Numbered from the whole stretch's first letter, positions 36,169-49,851 are shown. The stretch: 63,914 nucleotides of DNA, filler included, from Octopus bimaculoides (GCF_001194135.2; 7 parts of 6 records of this genome joined end to end with filler, not necessarily neighbours in it), one strand, 5' to 3'. Notes: generated by a model not told the origin, from the sequence alone. Program-made: numbers and translations.

Positions 36169-37620
36169 GATATCGACGTTGTGTGTGCAATTGAAGCAAT
36201 TAGCTTACAAGTCCAGCCTACAGATTCGACTTTAGTCAGAAAGGAGTCCTCTAAAGATCCAGTTTTGGCACAAGTGATGCGTTTTACACAGGAAGGTTGG
36301 CCTTCACATATTGACTCTGATGATCCAGTGGAGCAATTCCGAAAGCTTTCCCAATCTTTGAGCACATGTCATGGATGTTAACTGTACAGCATGAGACTAG
36401 TCGTTCCTACCAGTCTACGAGAATGAATCTTACATCTGCTACACACAAGTCATCTCGGTATGCAACGGATAAAGCAATAAGCGCGGACAGCAGTATACTG
36501 GCCAAACATTGATGCGGAAATCATGGATCTTTGCTGCTGCTGCACTTCTTGCTGTGAACACAGAAGGGCACCACCTAAACCAGTAATTCATCCATGGATA
36601 ATGCCCGAAAAGCCTTGGTCTCGTTTGCATGTAGATCATGCTATCAACTTTATGGGGCATAATTGGTTAGTAGTCACTGATGCATGCACTAAATACCCTT
36701 TTATCCATGCCACTACTTCAGTTTCCAGTAAGACTACATTGGATTTGTTAGAGGAAGATTTTGCACACTTTGGCTATCCACATACCATCATGTCCGACAA
36801 TGCCACCTGCTTTACTTCTGAAGAATTTCAAAACTACTGTAAGGAGAGAAGCATCGTTCATCTAACGGGAGCTCCCTATCACCCTTCAACAAACAGAGCT
36901 GCTGAGCGCTTGATTCAAACTTTCAAGCAAACGTTACGAAAGTCTCCCAAAATACCTAAAGAAGCTTTGCTGGAATTCTTGATGCAATTCAGGAGAACTC
37001 CTACCACTAGTAGCCTCTCAGCAAGTGAATTACTCAATAGTCGTCAATTACGCACCAAGACTGACGTCTTGCTTCCATCTCCAGTTCATTTGGCCCATCC
37101 AAATTGAAAAGGACTACTGAGGGAGATGTACTTGAAACTTCCAATCAATTTCAAGTTGGTGATCCATGCTATGCTCAGTATTTTGGACGAAAGAGAAACC
37201 AAGATCCATGTTGGGTTCCAGCTATAGTTGTGAAGACACAAGGAACATGAATGTTTCATGTTCAAGTTGTACCTAGAGGTTCCATTTGGAGATGTCATCT
37301 AGAACAATTGCAACCTCGATATTCTTCAGAAGATGACCAAGAGCCAGGAGATACGCCTTCTTTCTGTGATTCAGAATCTCAAGTTATAGATGAGTCTGCT
37401 CCTGAAGAATCTGTTAGCTCATCATTACCACCTAGCGACAATAACTGAACTCCAGAATACAGTCGTCAACATTCAAGAAGATTAACGAGATGAAGAAAAC
37501 CTCCAGATTATTATGTGTCAAAATACTGATTTATTTCTGCTTATCGAGCAGGGCCACCTACCTGAGGGGGTGTGTGATGAGTTTGCCTTCCTACTTAATA
37601 GAACTTTTGTCTTTGCTACA
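36166..37620 (+). mobile_element. Ty3/Gypsy LTR retrotransposon fragment: integrase, PPT and start of the 3' LTR
   Basis: HHCC zinc finger (HTSHLG...YWPNID...CTSC); PWSRLHVD, IMSDNATCF, YHPSTNRAAER integrase core; purine tract gaggggg at ~37564-37570 followed by TGTG. Confidence 0.9.
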
Positions 37621-38625
37621 TTGACTCAAAGGCCTTTTGATTCTAAACCTTGCTTCCACACCTGAAATTTCTTTTCTAGTTTCAGTAGTGTTTCTGCTAT
37701 GAGGGCCAGGTCATCAGCATAGAGGAGCTCCCAGGGGCAATCCGTCTTGAATTCCTCTTTTATTGCCTGGAGGACTATGATGAATAAAAGGGGACTGAGG
37801 GCTGAACCTTTGTGGACCCCTACTTCTACCTGGAATTCTTCACTATACTCATTGCCAATCCTAACCTTACTAACAGCCTCTCTGTGTAGGGCCTGTACAG
37901 CCCTTATTAACCATTCGTCAATCTCCAGTTTCTGCATCGCCCACCAGAAAAGAGATCAGGAGACCCTGTCAAAAGCTTTCTCCAAGTCCACAAAAGCTAA
38001 GTACAGGGGTTTATCTTTAGCTAGGTATTTCTCCTGCAGTTGTCGAACCAGGAATATGACATCAGTGGTGCTTCTACCTGGCACAAAACCGAACTGCACC
38101 TCATCTAAGAAGACTCTCTCCCTAATGAGATGGGCTATGACCCTCTCCGTGACATTCATCACCTGATCCAGCAGTCTGATACCCCTGTAGTTATTTCTAT
38201 CTAGAGTATCACGTTTATCCTTGTAGCAGTTGACTATGGTGCTGCTATGCCAGTCATTGGGCATGACTCCATCATGAACTCCCTGGTTTATAATGTAGGT
38301 GACTAGGCCATAGCCCACACCATCAGATGTTTTAAGCATCTCAGCAGTGATTCCTGATGGGCCGGGGGGGCTTTTCCTGGCTTCATACCCTTAATTGCAT
38401 TATCTACCAGAGAGCTGTCTATTCGGATAGCTGGTCCCTCTATTGGGTCAACATTTGGCAGACTCTCCTCCTCCTATTCATTCTCCACATTCAGCAGTCT
38501 TTCACAATGGCTTCTCCAAGCCTCCTTCTTTTCAGAATCACTAAAAGCAAGTACACCATCATCCATGCGGACACATTTCTCTCCTGTGACATCACAAGTT
38601 TCTCTCACACACTGTCTTGCAATCG
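37620..38625 (-). pseudogene. RTE-clade LINE RT fragment
   Basis: NNYRGIRLL, QFGFVPGRSTTD, AFVDLEKAFDRV, GVHKGSALSPLLF, LLYADDLAL. Confidence 0.95.
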
Positions 38626-38732
38626 GTGGGTGAGAGAAAATTGTGATGTCACAGGAGAGAGATGTGTCCGCATGGATGATGGTGCACTTGCTTTTAGTGA
38701 TTCTGAAAAGAAGGAGGCTTGGAGAAGCCATT
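38506..38732. repeat. Fold-back inverted duplication (~110-bp arms, ~9-nt loop) at the 5' break of the RTE fragment
   Basis: The same peptide MASPSLLLFRITKSK..IIHADT appears on both strands in the ORF track. The arms differ at only a few positions. Confidence 0.9.
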
Positions 38733-38759
38733 ATGTATATACATATATGTGTGTTTCTT

Positions 38760-40312
38760 TTCAGGTACATGATGCAGCTGTCCCCCATCTCAGGGCCTCA
38801 AAGGCCCACACCTTCTACACCCTCAGAGTTGGCACATTGAAAGATAGGTCTGGTGAGATTGTTGAGATGCTTGAAGGGAGACGTGTAGATTTGTGCTGCA
38901 TCCAAGAAGTAAGGTGGAGAGGAAGTTCCACTAGGTTCCTCACAGGCAAAGATCATAGGTATAAGATTTTCTGGGCAGGGAACACTGATGGGGTTGGGGG
39001 CGTGGTTATACTTCTTGCGGAGAAATGGGTTGATAAGGTAATCGAGGTAGTCAGAGTCTGTGATAGAATACTTAAGCTTAGATTAGTGCTGCAACATGGA
39101 TTAGCAACCATTATCTCAGCTTATGCCCCTCAGCCAGGGCTACCTGATGAACAGAAAGACCAATTTTATGACACCCCCTTGCAGACAACCTTGTCAGCGA
39201 ATGACAGGGACCTTCTTTTTGTGGCTGGCTATTTCAATGGGCATGTTGGACAACATGCAGGGGCCTTACATGGCATAAATGGTGCCTATGGTTTTGGTTC
39301 CCACAATGAGAAGAGAACCAGGCTGCTGGAGTTCTGTGATGCAAATGACCTTATGGTCTGCAATACTAACTTCAGGAAACCTGCCAGTCACCTATTCACC
39401 TACCAGTCTGGTGGACACACTAGTCAGATTGACTACATCCTTGCCAGGAAACAGGAAAGATGACAACTTATAAATGCCAAAACCTTCCCAAGTGAAGAAT
39501 ACACCCCACAGCATAGATTAGTAGTTAGCGACTTCAGGATCAGGGCTAAATGGATGCCCAGAAGTCGACTAGCATGGAAAAGAAGGGTCTAGAAGCTTAA
39601 GGATCCTGTAAATGGACAGAAATTTAGAGATGTACTACTTGAAGCTTTTGACAAAATAGAGGAGGATATAGCATCACATAATGTGGAAGACAACTGGAGG
39701 TACCTATGGGCAACCTGTTGAGGGCTAGTGACCAGATCTGTGGATGGCGCAAAGTTCTCTCTCAATCTACAGTAACATGGTGGTGGAACAGTGTAGTTGA
39801 CAGGGTCATTAGGGAAAAGAAACAGGCATGGAAGGACTGGAAGAACAGTGGTAGCTGGGAACTGCATCAGATTGTCAGAGGGGAAGCTAGGAGACAGGTT
39901 TACTTATCCAGAGGGGAAGCAGATAAGAAAAAATTTGCCAGTGTTCTGCATCGTGAGGACCAAAAACTTGAAGTGTTTCATGTTGTAAGACAGTGTGTGA
40001 GAAAGAATCATGATATCATAGGAGAGAAATATGTCTGAATGGATGATGGCTCACTTACATTTAATGAGAGTGCAAAGAGAGACTTGGAGACACCACTATG
40101 AAAGATTGCTAAATGAAGCAAATGAATTGGAGAAAGAGAGTCTGCCAAATATCAACCCAACAGAGGGACCAGCTTTTTGAATTGACAGTTCCTTGGTAGA
40201 TAAAGCAATTAAGGGCATGAAGACAGGGAGAGCCCCTGGCCCATCAGGAATCATCGCAGAGATGCTTAAAATATCTGGCAGTGTCAGCTATAATCTAGTC
40301 ACCCATATAGTC
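38760..40312 (+). pseudogene. RTE-clade LINE fragment (APE endonuclease plus linker)
   Basis: VDLCCIQEVRW, ISAYAPQ, GYFNGHVG, SQIDYIL, QHRLVV, KAPGPSGI. Confidence 0.95.
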
Positions 40313-40330
40313 AATACCGTTATAGTAAGA

Positions 40331-40894
40331 TAGCAAATCTGCCCATCTAAAATGGGAAATAAGGGGATAGTATCACAAATCTAAACCATTATAACAGGAG
40401 GCCATTGTTGGCCAAGATACTGGTAGGATCTTGTGTCTCCCATTATAAATTTAAATCCAGTCATATGAAGTATTAAGTTGAAGACAAAGCAAGATAACAA
40501 ATCCAAATAACATTTATTTACAGGCTCAAAGTTTGGCTCTCATTAACCATCTCTAGCATAATGTATTTCTGTTGTGTTATATGTGTGAGGCAGTGAGTTG
40601 TGACACTACACCATCTAAATTCACAAACTTTACAGGGGATAAATCCAGAATTAATCCTCATCACCAGAATTTTAACAAAAAAATCAAAGGTTATTTATTA
40701 ATACAAAACTCAATATCCACTAAATAATCATACTTTTTCACATTTTTATCGCTAAAATTACCTCCTACCATGATTACCTCCTACCATGATTACGTCCTTC
40801 ATAATCCCGAAAATCATTGTGATGATTGGTCCAGCTGTTTGACCGTGAAGAAGAAACAAACAGACAGACCGACATAACACCCATTATAGTAAGA
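40331..40894 (-). mobile_element. Non-autonomous Helitron-like element, followed by 15 nt of a second 5' end (40316-40330)
   Basis: 5' A|TCTTACTATAA...gtctgtctgtttg; 3' hairpin CCCAT tttag ATGGG + 8 nt + CTA, joined directly to TCTTACTATAA. Confidence 0.6.
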
Positions 40895-40902
40895 TGTATG
40901 TA

Positions 40903-40953
<51 letters not shown>

Positions 40954-40954
40954 C

Positions 40955-41335
40955 GTGGAGACACAATGGCCCAGTGGTTAGGGCAGTGGACTCGCTGTCA
41001 TAGAATCGCGGTTTCGATTCCCAGACAGGGTGTTGTGAGTGTTTATTGAGTGAAAACACCTAATGCTCCACGAGGCTCCGGCAGAGGATGGTGGTGAACC
41101 CTGCTGTACTCTTTCACCACAACTTTCTCTCACTCTTTCTTCCTGTTTCTGTTGTACCTGTATTTCAAAATGTCAGCCTTGTCACACTGTGTCACGCTGA
41201 ATATCCCCGAGAACTACGTTAAGGGTACACGTGTCTGTGGAGTGCTCAGCCACTTGCACGTTAATTTAACGAGCAGGCTGTTCCGTTGATCGGATCAACT
41301 GGAACCCTCGACGTTGTAAGTGACGGAGTGCCAAC
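40955..41335 (+). mobile_element. Full-length tRNA-SINE family D
   Basis: A-box TGGCCCAGTGG, B-box GGTTTCGATTCC, body with ttaagggtacacgtgtctgtggagtgctcagccacttgcac. Confidence 0.85.
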
Positions 41336-42070
41336 AATATATAAATCTCTGTTGATTCCCCAGAAGTGATAAATTACAAGATGTAGAGTTTTTTTAATAC
41401 ATTATATATTCATATTCAGTTAGCAAGCCTGGACAGTCAATGGTAGATGGCTGAGAAGACAAGAAGGGAATGGTGTTTAGTAAGTCAGAGATAAAGAAAC
41501 TATTTCCATACGCACTACAATCAATTTCAAATAGGCGTTATGTCTTCATTATATAGATTTTTTTTTGTCAAAACCATTATTGTTGTTACATCTAAATTAT
41601 CATATTTGGGAACTGTTTGCCTCAAAACATTTGGTGTTGTTAGTACAATTCAAATAGTGCTGTCTATGCCTGATTTGTTTTTCTTTGTAAAGATGGCGAA
41701 GATGTTTTTCAAAGAAACTGAAGGATGTGGTGAATGTGGTGGTTCAAAGATACTTGATTTAGAAGTTTTGAAGGCCAGCATTCCCCTCCCCCACTCTCTA
41801 CTCATGCTTCTTTGCCAATGTCCTGCCACTCATGACCTCCATACCTCAAGGGTATGCTCTAGCACTTGCGACCATATCTCTCTTTTCTTTTACTTAACCA
41901 TCCCATTTATATTCTGATCCCTGTCCCTTGCAAGTATGCCCGGTATTTTGCCACCAGCTCTCATTTGTACTCCTACTGTCTCCCACTCTCTTTCCCCTTC
42001 TCCTGATCTTCCCTCAGGCTGGGTAACTATGTATCTCCTTTACAGCAGCACACCTGTTTCTGTACTCATT

Positions 42071-42135
<65 letters not shown>

Positions 42136-42994
42136 AGTTAGGTAACCATATACCTCCCCTACAGCAAGACACCTGTTTCTATCTTTCTGTCTCACTATAA
42201 CCTTTCATCATCTGACACAAGATGCCCTCTTCCAATGACTCCCTCCTCCAATAACCCCCTCCTCCAATGACCCCTCACTCCCCTTTCAAAAGATCTTTGT
42301 CTTGCAAGTTATTTGGTGACCCTGCCAGTGCTGGTGCCACTTAAAAAGCATCCAGTCTGCACTAAGGTGGTTGGCGTTCGGAAGGGCATCCAGCTGTAAA
42401 AACCAGGCCAAAACAGACACAGAAGTCTGGCACAGCCTCCTGCTTGGCCAGCTCCTATCAAACCATGCAACCCATGCCAGCATGACAGGGAGACATTAAA
42501 CAACAACGATGACGATGATGATGGTGATGATGATGATGATGATAAAAATCACCAATTTGATGCATGCACCCACAGTTAAAAGTTTGAAGGTAGTCTAGAA
42601 AGAGGGACTTGATTCAAAATTTTTAACAGGGGTGGTCATGGGCTGTGATAAAAGTTATGGTTTCATTGGAACTGATACACTATAGAGCACAAGACTAATC
42701 AATTTTACTGCCTGACAGTGAAGGTGCTGGCTTGCTTAAAAATTAAGCCAGCATAAAATTGAAAAAAAATGGATGTCCTTCATATTTTAAATCTCATTAA
42801 CTGCCAAATCATATTTTATCATGTGTAATTGTGAGGCTGGCAACAGCAAGTGGGCATCATTTATTGTAGTAGTACTAGATGATAACTGCAGGGTAACCAT
42901 TAACTATAACACTTATTTGGACTCTTACCTAACCCCTAATATTGAATTTACCTTTCACTCATTAAACTGGAATGGAATTTTTTGCAAAATTTAG

Positions 42995-44086
42995 CCTCAG
43001 AGGTGCATACTACTATTTTGAAACGGATTACAGATTTAGAAGAAATCATTACAATAAACACTTTTGCCAGTTTGTTGAGATGGAGATGACTGATTTAAGG
43101 TATAATATCTGCAAGTGCCACATTTCAATAGCCAGTAGAAAAGATTTTGAGAATAATATAAGAAATAAAATCATTTATCAGGATGGTATTTGTTTGGGTA
43201 CATGTACAGTGCAGGAAGTGAACCCAAAGAACAGGATTATATTGGATCAACTGAGAGACACAGACATGAATATTTATTTCTTTATTGCCCACAAGGGGCT
43301 AAACAGAGGGGACAAACAAGGACAGCCAAAGGGATTAAGTCAATTACATCAACGCCAGTGCATAACTAGTACTTATTTAATTGACCCCAAAAGGATGAAA
43401 GGCAAAGTCGACCTTGGCAGAATTTGCCAGCTCATCATCCTACACAGGCATGAATATTAATTTACAGAAATGAGTCTTTAACAGATAGTTTGAGGGTTAT
43501 TCCATTTCAAATGAAGGGATTTCTCTAGTTGAAATTAAATTCAGAAAATATAGAATATTTTGTATCCTATAGTAAGAAATAACTTGAGTTCATTTTAAGT
43601 TTGCTGAATCTTTATGCTCAATATTTGCCACACTATTTTGAAATTATTGAACCATCAATAATTTGTATTAGTAAAATATTGAATCTGACTGAACAGATGT
43701 TCAGTAAAGAAATCCTTTGGTGAATCTGGCTGATGTCATGTTAACGTGTTGTCAACCCATGATAATGAGCAGCCTCTATCAGGAATTTTATCACAGGAAA
43801 ACCATAATTGTTATACTTATCAAGAAGCTTAATCCTTACAGAATCTAATTATTCAAATATTGAGAGAGAAGATTTGTTTAGACCACAAAATATGCCAGTC
43901 ATTTTTATTTATTTGGTAAATAATTCCCATCGTAGGTCTTTTGAATTCTTTAATACATGCAAAGAATTCCAAAAGGTTTCTACCTTTAAGAATATTGAGA
44001 TGGACCATACAGAAGGCAGCATTTATTTTGACATTAAATATGTTGAGGAAAATTCCATTACTCACACTGATGTGCTCCATTGGTAA
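42995..44086 (+). CDS. Two putative phase-compatible exons (42995-43197 and 43842-44082/44086) of an unidentified gene
   Basis: tttag|C CTC...TTG G|gtacat (weak donor) joined to gcttaatccttacag|AA TCT...CAT TG|gtaata. Both lie in long stop-free frames in AT-rich unique DNA, and the intron contains a SINE. No family recognised. Confidence 0.35.
43290..43430 (-). mobile_element. SINE family A fragment
   Basis: ttgaccccaaaaggatgaaaggcaaagtcgaccttggcagaattt. Confidence 0.75.
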
Positions 44087-44129
44087 TATTTCTCACTACA
44101 ACTACAGGTACTAGATTATTTCATACACT

Positions 44130-44345
44130 GGAAGGTGGTAAACTGGTAGAATTGTTACCGTGCTGGACAAAATGCTTAGCAGTATTTCACTCGTTGCTTT
44201 GTTCTGAGTTCAAATTCCGCCAAGGTCGACTTTACCTTTCATCCTTTCGGGGTCGATAAAATAACTACCTGTTATACACTGGTGTCAATGTAATTGACTG
44301 TCCCCCATCCCCCAAAATTTCCAAGGCTTTGTGCCTAGAGTAGAA
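44130..44345 (+). mobile_element. SINE family A
   Basis: ttctgagttcaaattccgccaaggtcgactttacctttcatcctttcggggtcgataaaa. Confidence 0.85.
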
Positions 44346-46063
44346 ATAATTATTTCATACATTCGATAGCAACTGACATGTTACAGAGAAATAGGTAGAC
44401 TAGCTCCAGAAAACTGTGTCGATACAAGGCAAAATCATTTTCAGAACAAAGAAGCATGTGTGGAGTAACTGCTCCAGGTTGAAAGACCTTAGAAGCATAG
44501 GAAACATAGATTAACTTTGGTAACAGTATTCTTTGCAATGATGATTTTTTTATTCTATCTGATATATTTAGGAACCAAATAATTAAAAGTGTTTGTCATG
44601 AGGTTTTTGTGGTGCTACTGCTATAGGCACCATGATATCTGAGTTATTTTTACCATCTCAGTGTAACATGTAGTGACTTTGAAGAGAGTGAGAAGGCCTT
44701 GAATCAACATCAGGTCAGTCATCAATATTATCTGTGGATTTAGCAAGGTTGGGATGAATCGACTTGAAGAATGAATGGAATTTTAAAAGTTTCCTTGTTA
44801 ATGCTAATTCTGGAAAATGAGTTATCTTAAGGTTATAAGACATTGATGATATTACTAAACATCAGTTTCTATTCACAAACTAATGCTCAAAATGCTGTTA
44901 TCAAGAGATTCTTTTATAAGAGATTGTGTCAGTTTCTTGGACAATGGTTCTTTGTCTCCAGCATCCTCACTATTTCTGCTACCACTAATGAGAACTTTAT
45001 CTACTATTTTTTTTCTGTTAATTTTCAATATCCAGAGTTATTCCCTTTATCTTCTTATTTAAGTGGTGCTTAATGTTATTGTCAGTTCTTTGTCCTTCTG
45101 CTTTCTCTAAGATTATTTTCTGTGACCTTCATCCAACATCTACTTTGTTTATTTATGTATGGACCAATTGGTTGGATCCTGGAGGTAACATTGGGTGCCA
45201 AGATCTTTACCAACAAGTTGGTGAATATTTGGGTGCTTAGGTACATGGGTAAAAATTAATGACCTCAATCACTCCCTTTCTGTGCATTCAGTTATTTCTC
45301 TCTTTCTATTTTGAGCTACATCATAAGTCCACCATACCTCAACTTTAGCATCTCTCCTATCTACTATCATTCTCAACACCCTCTCATATCTGTAATTGAT
45401 GCTCCTCCCCACCTTTCTCACCCCACTCACTGTAGCCACACTCATGTACCTCTGATTCCCATTTCTGTCACAGTTCATCATCCCTCCCTCTCTCTACACT
45501 CTCACATCCTGCATATCATCTCCTTACTCTCTCATCTATCCAGATATATGATACAGCTCTCCACATCCCTGTACTACTTCTTGTCACCTCCTCCTTCCTG
45601 ATCCACTTCTATTTCTCATCTCTCTCCTCCATACTAATATTTATCATCAACCTTATCCCCATTTTTATTTGTCACTCACTACATTCAGCTACTTTCTTCT
45701 CACACTCTTACGAAATTACCACCCACTTCTCCTTTACCTTTGCTCCACTGTCCTTACTCTCATTTACTCACCCTCTTGTACCTTGAAAGTACACTCTGCC
45801 AAACAATCACCCCTGTTTTTATCTTTTACCCTTTAATATGTCTCGCAAGTTACTTAACAAACTCACTAGTGTTGATGTCATGAAGAAAGCAGCCAGTACA
45901 TACTGTGAAGTGGTTGGCATTAGGAAGGGCATCCACTCACAGAAAGTATGCTGAAGCTGACAGTGACACCTGACACAAGCTCCGTGGCATGTCGGATCTT
46001 GTCTAACCACCCAACCCATGCCAGCATGGAAAACAGACATTAAGTGGTGATGAGGAGATATGT

Positions 46064-46097
<34 letters not shown>

Positions 46098-46173
46098 CTA
46101 ATACAGAAGATAATATAGGAAAATATTGTTACATTGTCAGTGGCATTTGGAATGCCATTTCTGCTGTAAACTT

Positions 46174-46260
<87 letters not shown>

Positions 46261-46298
46261 GTATGTATTATCTATCTATCTATATATATATGTATGTA

Positions 46299-46329
<31 letters not shown>

Positions 46330-46449
46330 TATATATATATATCATCATCATCATCGTTTTTAACATCTGCTTTCCATGCTAGCATGGGTTGGACGATTTG
46401 ACTGAGGACTGGTGAACCAGAAGGCTGCACCAGGCTACAATCTGATCCG

Positions 46450-46960
46450 AAATTACATAAAAATATCTTGAAATACTAAAGAACATATTTATTCAATAAA
46501 ATTGGCTTCAACCCTGGCCTCCAGACGATTTCAGAATCTCCTGCAATTCTTCTGGGCTTTCTCCTTGTTTAAGTTTGTGAATGCTGCCATAATGCTTACA
46601 TTCAGTTCATCTTTGGTGTTACAAGGAGCTTTGTTGGTCTCTCACTCAACTGCTCTCTACACATAATAATCAAGGGGGTTGCAGCCTGGGGAGTTAGATG
46701 GCCAGATGTTAGGGGTGATGTGGTTGCAGAAATTGTCTGACAGACATGACTGGGTTCTCCTGCTTGTGTGGCATGGTGCAGAGTCCTGTTGCCGGACATA
46801 GGGTCTTCCAGCAGCCACCCTCTTGACCCAGGGCAGCACTACCTCCTCTAGGCACTTGATATAGGCCTCTGTGTTGAGTCTGAGGCTGTGTGGGAAGATG
46901 AATGGAGGCATAACATCGCCATAACTAGTGATTTTTATTACTCTTGGAACATGTCCTTAG
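46450..46960 (-). pseudogene. DD37D (maT-type) IS630-Tc1-mariner transposase C-terminal remnant
   Basis: YVRQQDSAPCH...IWPSNSPGCNPLDYYV, with 37 residues between the second and third catalytic D (counted). Confidence 0.85.
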
Positions 46961-47164
46961 ATTGACACTCAAACCCTCTGAAATGTTCATATTGGAGCTT
47001 CCGGTATGAATGCCAAGCAGTACAGCATGTTGTTTCCAAATTTCTGGCAGAGTGAATTGTGTCACGGTGCGGTTTTTCTCACAGATGTTGCCCAACTGAT
47101 CCTACTATACTGTGTAGTCGACAAAATCAAAAACAAACAATGCGCATGTGCAAAATTAAAAATA

Positions 47165-47395
47165 TATATTTCCTTATTGCCCACAGGGGGCTAAACACAG
47201 AGGGGACAAACAAGGAGAGATAAAGGGATTAAGTCGATTACATCGACCCCAGTGCGTAACTGGTACTTATTTAATCAACCCCGAAAGGATGAAAGGCAAA
47301 GTCAACCTCAGCGGAATGTGAACTAAGGATGTAACGGCAGATGAAATACTGCTAAGCATTTTGCCTGGCATACTAACCATTCGGCCAGCTCGCCA
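47165..47395 (-). mobile_element. SINE family A
   Basis: cgaccccagtgcgtaactggtacttatttaatcaaccccgaaaggatgaaaggcaaagtc. Confidence 0.85.
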
Positions 47396-48633
47396 TCGTA
47401 CCATGTACATATGTGTGTGTGTGTACATACATACATGTATACATATACAGCAATTTGCAGTGCTTCAGAAGACCCACTCAACAAAGTAAAATTGAAGCCA
47501 TAAAGGCATGTTATTTATGTCCACGACAACTCCTGCACACAATCTGTCCCCCAAGAAACCTCCCCTATAACTCATCTTCTCAACATCCCCTTCCTTGTAC
47601 CCATGTTCAGCGCCTGCTGTATCCCTTTCTACTCTCCCTTACTTACCTATCTTGCATGCAGTATATCCCTGTCAAATCTCTTCCCCCATCGTATCCTCAT
47701 AATACCCCTCCCTCTACTTATGCCCTCTACCATCCCCCCACCATCTCCCATTCTCCTTTTGCAATCTGAAGAACTTACCCATCCATTTGCCCTCTCCAAT
47801 GCCCTGCACTCTTCACTATATACACCTCCCTGGGACTTGGGTGAATGGCACCCAGCCCTACTCCCCATCACATCATCACCATCTCATTTTCCTCTTCTCT
47901 CCACCTGAAGTATCAATGTTTCTCATCTCATGCAAGATTCCTTTTTCTCTCCTTCAATATAATACCTCCCCTAGATGGAGGGATCTTGTCTTGCAAGCTA
48001 CTTGGTAATCTTATTGCAGTATGTGCCTTATGAAAAATGGTTTGGACATCCAGCCATAGAAACCATGCCAAAGTAGACAGCAGGGTTTAGTGCAGCCTTT
48101 AGTCCTACTGGTTCCTCTCAAACCGTCCAACCCATACCAGATGGGAAACAGATGTTAAATGATGATGAGGATGTGTGTATATGTGTGGGTGTGTGTATGT
48201 TTGTTTCTCTTTGTCTTGACATTGCATGATTGTTGCAAATGAATGTCACTCATTGCCAATCTCCCATGAAATCATGTCTGGCCATAGCGAAATATTACCT
48301 TGCTGGGAAACAGGTAAGGTTGGCAACAGAAAAGCTATCTAGCCACAGAAAATCTACCTCAATAACCTTTGTTCAACACCTAGAAAAATCAGAGTTTAAA
48401 ACGATGATGATGATGAAGTGAGAAAGACAGAGATGTTTATGTGGTATATATGCACTGACTGACGCAGCTGCAGATATCATTCTTTGATAAGTAAACCTAA
48501 AAGAATTGAATACATTTGGAAATTAGTATTATTTTCTTTTGAATGTTTTTATTGATTATCAATAAAGTAATTGAGATTATATTACATCAGACACAGAAAC
48601 TCACGTACACACAAGTAAGATCTCTTCTGTGTC

Positions 48634-48679
<46 letters not shown>

Positions 48680-48685
<6 letters not shown>

Positions 48686-49802
48686 TCGTTTAATGTCTGC
48701 TTTCCATGCTGGCATGGGTTGGACAGTTTGACCAGCTGGGAGTTGTCCAGACTCCAATTGTCTGTTGTGACATGGTTTCCATGGCTGGATGCTCTTCCAG
48801 ATATCAACCATTTAACAGAGTGTGCCAGGTGCTTTTTATGTGCCACTAGCACAGGTGCATTTATGCAGCACCAGCATGAGTGCTTTTTATATGGCACGAG
48901 CACCTGAAAGAAGAAGCCTGTATGTGTGGAGGACAGGGGCTTTACTTAGCTTGATGCATCTTATCAAGTACAGCAAATCATGACGTCTCCTGGTCCCCTG
49001 TCATTTCCTCAGTGAGACCCAGTATCCAAAGATCTTTCCTCACCACTTCATCCCATGTCTTCCTGGGTCTACCCCTTCCACAGGTACCCTCCACAATCAG
49101 AGCTCAGCACTTCTTTATACAACAGACTTTCCACACTTGAAATTTCTTCTCTAGATCAGGAAGTGAATCAGGTATAAGAACAAGGTCATCAGCTCTCAGG
49201 GACAGATGGTCTTAAATTCCTCTGTTAAGGCCTGGAGGACTAAGATAAACAAGTTGTGGGTGAGAACTAATCCTTGGTAAACTATCTGTATACTGAATTC
49301 ATTGCTATACTCAATGCCAATCTTCACCTTACCAGCAGCATCCCTGTACATGGCTTGTATAGTTCTCACTAACCACTCAACTATCCCTAGTTTATGCACC
49401 AGATAAGGGAGCAAGGGACCAGCTGTAGAGGTTCATTTTTGGCTAAATACTTTTCCTACAGTTGTCTAACCAGGAATTTAACATCAGTCAAGCTACTGCC
49501 TGGCACAAATCTGAACAGCATCTCATCTACACTAACTCTCTTCCTAATTAATTGAGCTATGACCCTTTCCGTGACTTTCATCACCTGGTCCAGCAATTTG
49601 ATGCCTCTGTAATTATTTCTGTCTAAAACATCACCTTCGCCTTTGTAGCTGCTACACCAACCATTGAGTATGACTCCTTCATGGACCTGATTGAGTATAT
49701 GAGTGACTAGGCCATATCCTACTCCACCAGATATTTTAAGCATCTCAGCAGGGATTCCTGATAGGCCAGGGGCTTTCCCTGTCTTCATAGCCTTAATTGC
49801 TT

Positions 49803-49806
<4 letters not shown>
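48680..49806 (-). pseudogene. RTE LINE fragments (RT with internal deletions) and family C tail
   Basis: KAPGLSGIPAEMLK, NNYRGIKLL, FVPGSSLTD, QALTEEFKT. Confidence 0.85.

Positions 49807-49851
<45 letters not shown>

Noticed and set aside
44600-45240. Possible decayed hAT transposase on the minus strand (DPTNW motif)
   Set aside because: Only one short motif amid many stops; insufficient to call.
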